DNA of 62,966 bases, filler included, from Corallochytrium limacisporum Hawaii (Eukaryota; Protista; Pluriformea), in assembly GCA_002811645.1 (NCBI GenBank). It is 5 parts of 5 records of this genome, joined end to end, with 100 filler letters (N's around TTAATTAATTAA, not from the genome) between each part and the next. Parts side by side here need not be neighbours in the genome. Positions count along the whole stretch, not along the records: positions 38,840 to 53,564 come from PDIP01000057.1; positions 53,665 to 60,967 come from PDIP01000203.1; 3 more parts are not named here. One strand, given 5' to 3'. Numbering within the stretch: the first letter of the stretch is position 1; each line of letters starts with the position of its first letter. This document shows positions 43,570 through 55,130 of the stretch, one piece after another. Below the pieces are notes generated by a model. That model saw only the letters and a program-made list of their open reading frames with translations. It searched no databases and had not been told where the DNA came from. Made by a program: the position numbers and the translations under genes.

Positions 43570-44607
43570 ATGTTAATGTTTCTACCGGTAGTCAGCAACC
43601 TGATAAAGAGTGGGGACCAGTCATCGGAGCGGAATCCACTTATTCGCGGGACCCAGCAAGATGGCGCCAGATCGTCCCCGTCCCCACCTGATCTGAGAGC
43701 TGAGGACTTGATCAGCGGGAACGATAGTAAACAGCAGAGCGACCGACTCATTCAGATATCATTTTACGTCGCAACAGTGCTGCAAGCCCTAACAGCTGCA
43801 ACCTTCACAATAGGGATTGTCGTCGTGCAGGACTACAGCGACAAAGCGGCCTTGGTACGCGACAGTCTGTATGCCAGTCTGGTGATCATCAACTACATGT
43901 TCACGGTATTCTATGGTATCCACGGTGTGATGGTCGAAAACAGGATCGAAATAGGCATATTTGCCTTCGTCACCGTATGCAGCTGTGCCGCATTCATTTT
44001 CAGCGACATTGAGGCGGAGGAACGTGCCAAGGGAACAGTTTTGCAGGTCCTAGCGCTAGTGAGACTGATCGTCATGGCTCTACTGGCCATTGGATCAAAC
44101 ATTCTAGCCTTCCTCTGTACCCGTCGTTTTGGCTGGCTCCAGGCACGGATCATTGGATTAGATACTGACATGGCTCGCATGTACGCCATTCTCAAGAACT
44201 TTGAGGCACTGTCAGTGATTACCACCCATATTTCAGTGAATGTGGTGCTGCTTACAGCCGTGCAGCACTACACGAGTCCGTTTTTCTGGATCCTTGATGG
44301 TATCTTCTTCTTGCTTATCCCAGCATGGATCAGCACGGGATGGGTCGGGGTGCACAGAGAGGATCCAAAGTTCACTATTGCCTTCTATATGTTCTGGACG
44401 GCCATGACTGCTTTTGTGATCTTCACAATTGTGGACAAAAGCGAGTCCAGTCCGATGCCCACAGTAGGTACGATAGTGTACTTTTTGGTTCTGTGCGGTG
44501 GGATCTTGGTCAATGCCAGCTTTTTGTTCTTGACCGTACTTTGCCATGTGAACTACGACAAGGGTCTCAAGGAGGCGCTCGCTGATGACTTCGACGATGA
44601 GTACTAA
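43570..44607 (+). CDS. Multi-pass membrane protein, UPF0658 (Golgi membrane protein)-like
   Basis: About 8 TM helices with ENRIEI, RRFGW..IIGLD..MY, GVHRED and C-terminal NYDKGLKE. First ATG is 43570. Confidence 0.6.
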   Translation: MLMFLPVVSNLIKSGDQSSERNPLIRGTQQDGARSSPSPPDLRAEDLISGNDSKQQSDRLIQISFYVATVLQALTAATFTIGIVVVQDYSDKAALVRDSLYASLVIINYMFTVFYGIHGVMVENRIEIGIFAFVTVCSCAAFIFSDIEAEERAKGTVLQVLALVRLIVMALLAIGSNILAFLCTRRFGWLQARIIGLDTDMARMYAILKNFEALSVITTHISVNVVLLTAVQHYTSPFFWILDGIFFLLIPAWISTGWVGVHREDPKFTIAFYMFWTAMTAFVIFTIVDKSESSPMPTVGTIVYFLVLCGGILVNASFLFLTVLCHVNYDKGLKEALADDFDDEY

Positions 44608-44695
44608 GAGGTGACTATCATACTTCACTACATTGATATGTGTTTTCATTGTTCCTGTCAGTTTCTGTCCTTTAGCAACTTCCCTCTTGATTAAT

Positions 44696-45124
44696 CTACA
44701 CATCGCTCGCCAAAGTAGCCATCACTAGCTTTCCTGTGGTGCTAGTGACTCCTGCTGGTCCGCTGTGTTGTGCTCCCCGCACTGAGTTGTGGTCAAGGCC
44801 AATCTCGGAGACATTTGACCGGGACCCTCTAGCCCCGGCAAGGAGAGGAGAAAGTATCCTTTCCGTGTCGGCCCAAGTGAGCTCACGGAAGTTTGCCTTG
44901 CCCTGCATGACTGTTACCAGCACCGCGACCCGGCGTTCAGGCGTATGCACTCCTTGGCTCGCGTAAATTGCTTTGTGGCTTCTTCAAAGCTGGACTCCAC
45001 GTGCGCAAGTTTACGTTGCAGAGATTTGTAATCTACTTCCATCCTTTCCTGCTTCTGCAGGCCTTGCTGAAGCATTGCCTTGATGATATCGTTCTCCTCC
45101 AGCAGTTTCTGGTTCTTGCGCCCC
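44696..45124 (-). CDS. Partial coiled-coil protein (3' end of a gene lost in the N gap), possibly with a 1-nt frameshift near 44938
   Basis: Heptad-like RKNQKLLEENDIIKAMLQQ...EEATKQFTRAKE open from the gap edge. It stops at 44914, while an overlapping frame continues ERRVAVLVTVMQ... to 44696. Confidence 0.45.
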
Positions 45125-45393
45125 NNNNNNNNNNNNNNNNNNNNNNNNNNNNNNNNNNNNNNNNNNNNNNNNNNNNNNNNNNNNNNNNNNNNNNNNNNNN
45201 NNNNNNNNNNNNNNNNNNNNNNNNNNNNNNNNNNNNNNNNNNNNNNNNNNNNNNNNNNNNNNNNNNNNNNNNNNNNNNNNNNNNNNNNNNNNNNNNNNNN
45301 NNNNNNNNNNNNNNNNNNNNNNNNNNNNNNNNNNNNNNNNNNNNNNNNNNNNNNNNNNNNNNNNNNNNNNNNNNNNNNNNNNNNNNNNNNNNN
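45125..45393. other. Scaffold gap (N run flanked by poly-C)
   Basis: 269 Ns without the TTAATTAATTAA linker. Confidence 0.95.
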
Positions 45394-45834
45394 CCCCCCC
45401 CCAAACCGCCTGCACACTGTGTCCCAAAAGGGGGCGGGACGTGTACGTGTGTGCGGACGGCCTTGGAGACCCCCGATCTTGCGGGTCCCATCCGACAACC
45501 CCGGGCCAGGCAGTGTAAAAAAGCGGACACAGGGCGCTGCCTACCTGTAACAACAAATTTTGACAGCTATAATCCCTTTGCAGTGATTCATTTGGTTGGG
45601 GCTAAGTGTACACCCGGGCAAAATCAAGGTAACACACCTAAATACAGTACAATAAGTACTGTCAGGGAAAAGTTTTTCATCGTTGGCCGCCGGGTGGTGC
45701 GATGGGTCCTGCTGTAGTGTGACTATGTGCTTGAACTATTTCAAATGATGTGTGCATTCTGCACCGTGCTAGAATCTTGAGTGCTCAAACCACATGAATA
45801 TGACCAGACTAGCAACCACTATGGCCTCGCGGAT

Positions 45835-46971
45835 ATGAGCACTCCGTACACACCAGCCAACTTTACTGAGGCAGTGAGTGCACAGCTGGTTAAACATACA
45901 CCTAGTGACCGTACAGTGCGACTATATGCCTTTGGGAATGACTCTGTGACCGATCATGAGTTCGTTCTTACACACCTCTGTCTCCTTCGGGACGTTTCTG
46001 TTTTGGGTTTTACCAGCAGTTACGGGTTCAAAGACGACATTGACAAATGCAGCAAGCTCGCCGACTACGTCCCTGGTGGATGTAGCTTAGGCGGAGTACT
46101 GATCCACTGCTCGAGTCGCCTAAAGGAAGCAGGGCTGCTACCTTCTATCCAAAGACTGCTCTTCGGATTACAGGGCATAGAAGGCTTTGATGTTTTGCCC
46201 TCGGTAATTGTGTACAGTACCAATCAGTGTCTATTGTACTGCCGGACAGGCACAGATGTCAGCAGGGTAGAACTGAAGGTGGCACCGGATCCTGGGCACC
46301 GAACATTCCTGCGTGTTCAGTGCACAATGCTTGCTCTGGTACCACCTACGGCATCGAAGGACAAGGCAATTCAGATTGTCTTTCAGAATGCTCTCGAAAG
46401 TGATATGGAGAAGGTGTTGATCATGCCGGAAAGTTTGGCCAAGGGAAAATGTGGACCAACTGAGATAGAAGACCACTGCCCGCAGCACATTCGAACAGTG
46501 GCCAGGGTGCCTGCGGACTCAATCAAGACCAAGTTCACCAGTCTAGTCCAACTCACATGTACCGTAGTAATCCTCCGCCCAACGCAGATGGACCGCCGTA
46601 CGATGGCTTCTGCTCTCAAGGAGGATCTTCGGCGGCTACTGCGACGGTTTCTTGCTGATTCTGACCCCACAGTGTGGTCAGATCGCCTTTGCACTGTTCC
46701 AATGCCATCGAAAAGGGTCGCCGGTACGTGGGTGTTGTCTACGGGGTCCGGAGATTGCAAGGAGTTCTGTAACTTGATGACCACTGTGTCCTATGCCCAT
46801 CGGATCAATTCATTGATAGATCGCACTGATATTGCCAATACATCATCTGCCAGCATTGCCGGATCAGGCCAGGGGCAGCAGTCCAAATCAGCCGTGACGA
46901 CAGTCTGGGTGGCCGCAGGCCTTGCAATTGTGTTGGTGGGCATCGCCATCTCACTGCTGCTAAGTGGATAA
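45835..46971 (+). CDS. Tail-anchored membrane protein, ODR-4-like
   Basis: VPGGCSLGGVLI (ODR4 LPGG..VLGVF), ALKEDLRRLL..R, single C-terminal TM helix. First ATG is 45835. Confidence 0.55.
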   Translation: MSTPYTPANFTEAVSAQLVKHTPSDRTVRLYAFGNDSVTDHEFVLTHLCLLRDVSVLGFTSSYGFKDDIDKCSKLADYVPGGCSLGGVLIHCSSRLKEAGLLPSIQRLLFGLQGIEGFDVLPSVIVYSTNQCLLYCRTGTDVSRVELKVAPDPGHRTFLRVQCTMLALVPPTASKDKAIQIVFQNALESDMEKVLIMPESLAKGKCGPTEIEDHCPQHIRTVARVPADSIKTKFTSLVQLTCTVVILRPTQMDRRTMASALKEDLRRLLRRFLADSDPTVWSDRLCTVPMPSKRVAGTWVLSTGSGDCKEFCNLMTTVSYAHRINSLIDRTDIANTSSASIAGSGQGQQSKSAVTTVWVAAGLAIVLVGIAISLLLSG

Positions 46972-49900
46972 AGCGAAAGAGACCCACTGGCTGTCATCTG
47001 GGACGCTCTATGATGAATATATGCCATACGGGTTCAGCAAGCAACCTTTTGGAGAGTATGTGGCGCACATCGAACAAGGCCTACGAGGTCAGTGAGATTC
47101 CACGGGATTCGCTGCCACAGTCAACATGGCTAGCATGCGAAATGCACCAGATCTTCTGTATCTGTATCGCATAGTGCTAACAGCATACCTGCAGAACAGA
47201 TCTGGCCACTACTCCGCATGTTTATGTACATACAATTTGACTATCCGAGTAACTATTGACCGCGGCATGCATATCAGGTGTAAGTGTTACATATCATATT
47301 GGCTATCTTTGATAGGAAGCGTTCCTTGTTGACTAACTGACAAAGGGCACTGTGAAATGCATTTCTACCCTTGCGTCCTCCGCAAGTCGGTCTACGTAAG
47401 TGTTTGTCATTTGTTGTAAAGTAATATGGGTCCCATGTATCATCAGGGCAACTGAAGACTAAATTTCAGACCATGACCACACGGAAGCAAGAAACGGGAG
47501 ATGCATGCAGGCGTCAAGCACAAACTGGGTATTGCTGTCCGTACGTAGTCGATCTTTCAAGTGTATAAGATGATGGTGATTGTCTGCGCATTCTTGTGGC
47601 CAATATTTCGTACGACAGACTCATTCTACATCAGCCCACTACCGGCTTTGGGACCTGATGACCTGAAAATGGGGCGCCACAAATCTGATCAACTCGGTAT
47701 GGGCGGGTCGTTGAAGTATATATATGGACGAAAACGGGGTGGTACTATCTATTACTACCGAGGGCATACATCAAGAAAGAGGACGAATATCAATTGCCAT
47801 CAGAGTGCATGCCCTACTGATGTTCCCTTGTGTTCCTGCCACGTTTCCACAACGATCTCTCGAAACAAAGCATGGCAAATGAACCCAGGTGAGCCAAAGG
47901 TGCCGGGGAAAACTCATCCAGTCGTGGAAACACGACGAAACAGTATCGGGTTTACACCGCTTGCTCAGCGAAATAGACAGTAAACCATTAGACCAGGCAG
48001 TACTTCGCCCTCTGTACTCAAGGACTTACATTCGTATGATAGCATGTCTGTTGCCTTGTTTATACAACATAATGGTAGCAAAGGGACGGCAACCGCCGCC
48101 GCCAGAAGCTAAATCTGTTCATTGCGGAAAGTCTTCGTTGTCTTACCAGCGAGAATTGACTACCAACTGGAAGGTGACATTCACCGGCATAGTGAACCGG
48201 GGCCCCGGGTCATCTACTGCTTGCTTTTCAAAGTCGGGTGATAAGGAAGCAATGATATGTCCGCACAATTATGAATGACGGAAGGCAGCTACAATTCGGC
48301 AATGAAGAGATAGTGGTGTACTGTTACTATATTAGTTGAGGTTCAAAAAAATGTTGGGAACTCACTTGTGTGGTACAACCGCCCTGGCAAGAAAAAGAGG
48401 CCTACGCAGCCGAACCCAATGCGGGCCTCGGATCGACCGCAAATGGGAATTTTCAGCCCAGAAAGTAGTAGGTGGAGGAGAGATGGGGGCGATGGGATGA
48501 TAATATGGTGTCGCCCAGGCGGTAGTCCCCACTGATTGAGCCACTATACCGGTCTCCGACTGTCACAAGCATATCGTCGAAACCAGTTGCTACGCCCTTG
48601 TCGACAGAGTCCGGTACGAGAGCAAAAAGAATTTTCTGCGTTCGCTGTGGACGACAAGTGCACACTTTGGTGGCGCATCCTCAAAGGCTTTTGGGGTGCG
48701 GCAAAGTAAACATGCGTGGAAAACCGATCTCGCTCAGAACGGATTTATGACATATACAGAGCGATCAAGAGCGAGCATGTAGCATCGAAGCATGATCGTC
48801 TAGGAAGGTAAAGAATGAGAGGGAATTCTTTTCATCACTATGATGATCATGGCTGCGGATGAATGTAGTCTTCGATCCATGTGATCAAGTGTGTGGTTGG
48901 ACGAACCTGGTGATGTACCATGGTCTTGTGGGTAGTGATAATAGGACAAGCACTCTACAAGGTACTTTTGGAAGACCGTCCAATCCTGTTATCTAGCTCT
49001 TTATATCCTCCTTGGTTGAGTGTTTGCTATATGAGTAGTTCTTTGCAATCCCCTTCAGGTCGTCAGGTGCAAACGGGAACACCCATTTTAGCAATAGTGT
49101 GTTTCATATCCATCATCAACGAAGAATACAAACAGAGATGCACGGAATCTGAAGCAACACTTGTCTATCTCCAAGGTGCAACTCCTTGTAAGTGGCTACG
49201 TCTTCCACTAGAAATCTCAAGAGGTCAACGAACCAATTTCGCCTACGAAGTGTCACTTACAAGTCATAGCCAATGAATGGGGTAATTGTTAGCAGCGCAC
49301 CTGTGTTCATGGGCCTGAGAGGCTGAAAAAGGCGTCAGCTACCTGGGGCGAACCATAATAAAAACAAGGGAATCGAAAGCACGTATTGTACCCAATTGGA
49401 AATCACGTAGCCCTCCGCGTCAATGCACACTCACCTGAGGACACGCGCGGGATGGCGTAGGACAGGCACTGCGGCAGCAATTAAAGTCAGTTCCATCCGC
49501 TATTGATTCTGCATACAGAAAATCACGCACTTCCCTGCCCCATCCGCAATAGGCGCAGAGCCCGGTAACCGGCAACAAAAAATCGTGTCCAAAACCCAAC
49601 ACTGCACATGGCCTCAAGGAAAGAAGAAGATAATCGGATGATTAATACGCACACCAGAGAAAGTATGGAGTACAATGGACACAGAGTTGGGACCGGTGTG
49701 CTGTTGCGTCCAGGTTTGGGTGTTTTCGATCTCCGCTTGATATTTATGATAAATATTGCGTCCTGGGGGCTAATGTGATTAATTGTCTTCAAGTAATGGA
49801 AGGAGGGAATCGAAGGGTCATACATAAAGATCATCAAACAGTTTGGTTGATATGAAGTAAAAGTGACACTTCGCGGGCTAGGCTTCCACTGCCCGCATCA

Positions 49901-51170
49901 TAGTTCCGCGAGTTCCCCAGTGAACTCCGCCTGATGGGAGCTGACATACACACAGACCAACCAGAAAAAAAAGCTGTCCAGCCTCCTCTCCCCAATCCAT
50001 CAATCGACATTCCAAAGCGTACATGTCAGGTGTGAGAGGCCCGACCACTCCCATTTTGGACCTGTAGTTTATGTATTGAAAAGTACACGACCCTTGATGA
50101 ATTCGAGGACTTTTACCAATTGCGATATTCACTAGTTCACATGTGCGGTGAAAAAAGGACATTCTTCCGTGATTTGAGCCATGTAAGGGAACATGAACGT
50201 TGGCGTTTCCTGCCCATATTTTTCCTATCGAAAAATTTCGCAGGGAGTCCGGAGCCGTACCTACAGAAATTCATGAATGATGAACAGTGTGAAGATACTC
50301 AAAAATGTTTAAAACTTTGGATGCAGCCATCAGTTGCATCATTCTTACGAAGGAGTATGTCATAGTACATGTGAGAGATCCCACGTTGGAAATTAGGCCA
50401 GCGATACCCATTACAACCCGAATCTCTCCCACTGATGTGTCTCTTTGTCGTTTTCAGATGGGAGCTTAAACGTATGGGTGGCATATGTGTATCGGTTGGT
50501 TGTGCTGGACAACATAGGCAAGAGGGACGGGCAGAAAACGGACAGGCATCACGGAGCGTCATTTTCGCGACCGTAAACTTTCGCACCACGAACTAATAGA
50601 AGCAGTATGCCTCAAAAGGTGCACTCTATTTTCAAGCGATTATAGGGATATCGATATGGGAGATCAACGACTGAAAAAAGTTCGTTGCACTTTGGGAGGA
50701 AGAGATGATAGAAGCAGTCGTGCGTAGACCGTTCCTTGTTCATGGTAACGTCATCATTGGAGTCCAACCAGATCTTGACGTGAGTAGCGCCATGGTGAAA
50801 GAATAGACATACCCAAGTGGCACCAGATGCTGTTGTAGCCAGTTTGTCCAGTCCAATCCGTCCAGGGATTGACCATTCGCTGATGGTCACCGAGCTCAGT
50901 TGATCCATGGCTCTTGAGCACACTGTGTGACTCAGACCAAGTCAGTAAGCAGGCTCTACGAATGAGCACCAGGGGAGTGTACAACAATGGATGTGGCTGG
51001 GTGTCACGATATATGTATGTATGAAATTTTACGGATATGGATATGATACGATGCATGTTCGAAGTATGGCAAGTATGTGAGTATGGAATATGCGAAGGTT
51101 TGATGCAACACAGCTGAGTTGTTCACAACCATGGACGGAAGGCATTTGTGATCTCATGGTAGGTTTGACA

Positions 51171-52178
51171 TTAAGGGGTGCCGGACGGAGAGTTGGAACA
51201 GATTGTGGATGGTGTGAGAGGACCCAGATCATCGTCATCAGCACGGAACTGCAGCTGAGTAACCCAAGGGTGATCGAGGATGTCTTGCGAGCGCGGGCGA
51301 TCCTTAGGGTCAATCTGCAGCAGCCAGCGAAGAATGTGAGATGCAATATGGCTAAGGCCTGAAGGCATCGAACAGCGACCAGACATGATCTGCTGGAGGT
51401 TGTTCTCCGGAGTCTTGCCCTTGAAAGGCAGATCTCCACACAGCATACCGTATATACAGATTCCCAGGCTCCAGACGTCTGCCTTAATAGCATTGTACGG
51501 GGCACCATCAAAGACCTTGGGCAGCATGACCTCTGGAGCAGCGTAAGCAACGCTGCCACAAGCAGCAGTAAGCAACTCATCATCTCCAAAGCTAGAGCTC
51601 AAACCAAAGTCAATTATCTTCAGGGTCCCATTCTTGGTCATTGTGAAGTTTTCAATCTTCAGGTCACGATGTGCGATCTTCTTGCTGTGTAGATAGGTGA
51701 CAGCTGTCAGGATCTGTGAGAAGAAACGGCATGCTTCCTCTTCACTAAGGCGACCCTTGCTGTAGATGTACTTCAGGAAGGAGTACTCACAGTATTCCAT
51801 GACGATGAAGAAATGATTTTCCGTTTCCTTCAGGTCGTAGATCTGGACAATGTTCGGATGATTGCACATGGCCAGGAGCTCTACCTCTTTACGGACGGCA
51901 TGATATGTTCTGTCCTCATGCTCGTTCTTTTTCTTGCGAATTACCTTAATCGCAACACTGCTCTGGGTGGGCAAGTGTCTTCCCAGGTAGACTGAAGCAT
52001 AAGTTCCCCTTCCGATGCAGACATTCTTTCCGTTTCGTGAAACCATTCTGTAGTCTCCGAGAGGATGCTCTTCATTGCCAGCATTGACATTCTGCAGAGA
52101 CATCGTGGTATCTTTGTCTTGGTATTTTTGAGGTGTTACCCGAGTAACAACACTCTGGAGGCCAGCCCAAGGGGTCAT
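51171..52178 (-). CDS. Ser/Thr protein kinase, CAMK group, AMPK/SNF1/MARK-like catalytic domain only
   Basis: GRGTYASV, VAIKVI, HRDLKIEN, DFG, CGS..YAAPE, DVWSLG. Confidence 0.95.
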   Translation of the reverse strand: MTPWAGLQSVVTRVTPQKYQDKDTTMSLQNVNAGNEEHPLGDYRMVSRNGKNVCIGRGTYASVYLGRHLPTQSSVAIKVIRKKKNEHEDRTYHAVRKEVELLAMCNHPNIVQIYDLKETENHFFIVMEYCEYSFLKYIYSKGRLSEEEACRFFSQILTAVTYLHSKKIAHRDLKIENFTMTKNGTLKIIDFGLSSSFGDDELLTAACGSVAYAAPEVMLPKVFDGAPYNAIKADVWSLGICIYGMLCGDLPFKGKTPENNLQQIMSGRCSMPSGLSHIASHILRWLLQIDPKDRPRSQDILDHPWVTQLQFRADDDDLGPLTPSTICSNSPSGTP

Positions 52179-53481
52179 GATTATATGGAATTATGTATTT
52201 GTACAGGAATACCAGGATCGATGGCTGTTGCAACTGTGGTGATGGCCTTTCTCAAATAGTATGGGTATCGATAGCCAGCCACCGGTCGCTCAACGATGGT
52301 GAGTATTTATCAAAAATCCAAGCCATACGTTGACAAACTTTGACTTGTATTAATCATTGAGCCAGCAACGGTATTGTGGACCATCAACAAAGCACACGGA
52401 CTCTATCTCTTCGGTTTCTTACGGCCTTCCTCTGGTGCATCTATCGTTCCGGCACCTTTCCCCCTTTCCCCGACAACCCCACTTCGTCGCATTTCAGCCT
52501 GTTGGCTAGTCCGCCCCGGGATGGGAAAACGAATTGTGCAAATGGGTTTCATACAATAGTAAGCGTACACTTTCAAACGTTTTCGAGTAGTGAGCTCCCC
52601 AGCCCACGTCCCGTGCGCCGCCGTGCCCTTACCGCCCAAACTGTCTAGGCCACCCCGTGATTGTCCATCCGTCATCAATCCATCCATCAGTTCAATGTTT
52701 CCCTTTTCAAATCCTTCCTGCTACTCACATTTTCATGTTACGTGTCTCGTTATCTCGGTCTGGACATATGGCCGCAGTGCAGAGCACGGAATCAAATTAA
52801 CCGACAGCTTTAGATAGGGAGGGGGAATTATGGAATACCCAGAGGAGTTTAGTACCATCGATCATCTCATTCAGCATCAGTTGCTGCACCTGGCTGCTTG
52901 TCTCCGACACGGGCTGCAAAATTTTGTTCAGCAGTTACCGCTCTTACCATTCGGACGTGCCTTCCGCCCCCAGTTTCTCGTTTCTTTTTTACGGTATTTC
53001 ACGTCTATGTGAAGTGGTGAAGAATGAAGGAGGACGTAGACCGAATGAAAGTGGGGGGGGTCTCGGCCACCACCTCCTCCCCCGTGGTCGTCTCCTATCG
53101 GTCAGGAGCTGCCCCTCCCAGGAAAGGCATTTCCGGCCACTAGGGTCCCTCAAATTGAGGACCTCAAAAAATCGGCACTGTCGGAGTATCGAAATTTGAG
53201 TCTTTCTACCTGGTTGACTCAACGGATTGTTGCAATTCATGTGTGGGCCAAATCTGTTTTCTCCCATGGTATCAGCTCGTAAACCCCCCGCGGTTTTTTC
53301 TCATCTCCTGGTGGGTCTAGAATGCCGCATATTGAAAAGTACAGCGGTGTCGCTTGAGCGGCGGGTCAAGCCACCAAGTGCACCACCAATCTGCGGTTGG
53401 CAGCACTGACGCGCGCCCGCCGCCCCGATTGGGAACTACGAACATAGTTACTTTTTCTCTGAAGAAATGTGCAGTGCCATG

Positions 53482-53564
53482 TACCACCCTCTGTCTCATA
53501 ATATTAGGCCGAATCTATTCAAATCACATTCATTCGAATCCCGACCGCTGTGGCGGGAAACATT
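53482..53564 (+). mobile_element. Terminus of a TA-flanked Tc1/mariner (Stowaway-like) element (runs into contig end)
   Basis: TA-CCACCCTCTGTCTCATAATATT..., resembling Stowaway-type TIRs (TA-CTCCCTCCGT) and the terminus at 38672. Confidence 0.72.
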
Positions 53565-53664
53565 NNNNNNNNNNNNNNNNNNNNNNNNNNNNNNNNNNNN
53601 NNNNNNNNTTAATTAATTAANNNNNNNNNNNNNNNNNNNNNNNNNNNNNNNNNNNNNNNNNNNN
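53565..53664. other. Artificial contig spacer
   Basis: N44-TTAATTAATTAA-N44. Confidence 0.97.
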
Positions 53665-53954
53665 GCACCCGGTCGGAGAACTAAATTCATCCCTCATCTA
53701 CCTACTAAAATCATTTCCATGACTAAAATTAAGCATCGCTAACATAGATCTTACCCTCGAAGATCAAGCGATCGTGATGGTAAATTCATGATTTCCCAAG
53801 TACCAAGTTTGCAAAAGACTCTGAAATTGGCTGAGAGGGTACCGGAATGGGCGGGAAAACGGTATACTCAAAAGAAGCCGATTTTATACGATTCAAACGA
53901 AGCTTTCAAACCATAATGTAAATTGTGCACTTTTTTATTGAACAGAGGTTGGTA
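53665..53954 (-). mobile_element. About 290-nt terminal portion of a TA-flanked Tc1/mariner-like element inserted in the S28 peptidase gene
   Basis: AT-rich block ending ...CAGAGGTTGG-TA (minus strand TA-CCAACCTCTG). Peptidase similarity ends at this TA. Confidence 0.7.
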
Positions 53955-55130
53955 ACATGTTTGCCAGAGCCAGCTACGATCTGCAAGATCGGACGGGTCG
54001 GTGGGATGGCGCAAGGCCTTGACAGTGGAGTCATAGGACGTGTCAATGCAGTCTCCGTCGGCCAAGGGGAAGATTTGGTCATAGGTTTGCGCCAATGCAA
54101 GGAGGTCATCCTTTGGTGCATTCTGGTCATTGAGAGCATTGCAAAAGTCCGCCACCGTGGGTTGTCCGGGAAGCTCTGCATTGTACTGAGTCATGCCCAT
54201 GATATTACCGGCTAAGAAACTAACCGCGGTGGCGTCGTCCATAGCATCGGGGTTCAGGTTGCATAGATGGAAAGTCTTTGCCAGTTTGCGACGGTTGCTT
54301 ATGTCCTGATCATTAAGAATAGCATCGATGGCACTGAATGCGCTGCGCACGCGACTTCTACAAGTGTCACCTCCAAAGATGTGTAGAGCATGTGCAACTA
54401 CCTCTAGATACTGGTAAAAGTCAGTTTCAGCCTCAACTGGTGCACTACTGGCAACGCTACCGATCACCAAATGCGGATACTTTAACCTGTACCACGCACT
54501 CAGATTGCCTGGGTAGCTACCTCCGAACACGATAACTGGTGTGCCCTTTGGAACATTAAATTGTTTCAAGGCCCAAGCTTGGAAACGGGCTAAGTCCTCG
54601 AGAGCCTGGGCGCTGTTTAGATACTCCAAACTACGTACACTCAGGTCAGGCAGTGGCTGTGATTCGCCATAGAAGCGATGCTCAGGGGCCAGTAAAAGTG
54701 CACCGTGTTCTTTAGCCAATTCGACGTAGTACAGCGAGGTAACGTAGCCTATGCTAATGGGACCTTCCCCTCCAATTTGAATGAAGACAGGACCAGTATG
54801 GTTGTAGAAATCGGTTCTCCATGCATATCGCTGGCTCCAAAACTGTTCATCAGAGAGGTCGAAGTGGTCTAGTCGCTGATGGTGGTAGAAGTCCAAGCCC
54901 ATCGTGCCATTGGATTCCTGATTCGAATCCGCCTGCTCCACCGGGCCATCAGCAAGCTGTTGAGCCTCCCAGCGTTCCAACACGTAACTGATGCCACCCC
55001 TATGGGACTTTGCATGAGTAGCTCCAGATTTCATGCGCGGTGTCGTTTCTTCTTTTGTTGGCTGGGCAGTTGATCTGGCAGAAGTCTGGCTAGCTACAAC
55101 CAAAATTAACAGGAAAGCAAAGTAGTGCAT
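53953..55130 (-). pseudogene. Serine peptidase family S28 (PRSS16/PRCP-like), interrupted by a transposon after WQTC(Y)
   Basis: Signal peptide, QRLDHF, GGEGP, EHRFYGES, QALEDLA, GGSYPG nucleophile motif, RSWLWQTC. The C-terminal part carrying the catalytic Asp and His is missing and replaced by about 27 element-derived codons (stop at 53868). Confidence 0.75.

Noticed and set aside
53482-53954. Termini on both sides of the 53565-53664 spacer as the two TIRs of one element
   Set aside because: They face each other but diverge after the first ~11 nt, the spacer is artificial, and the left flank does not contain the rest of the peptidase gene.
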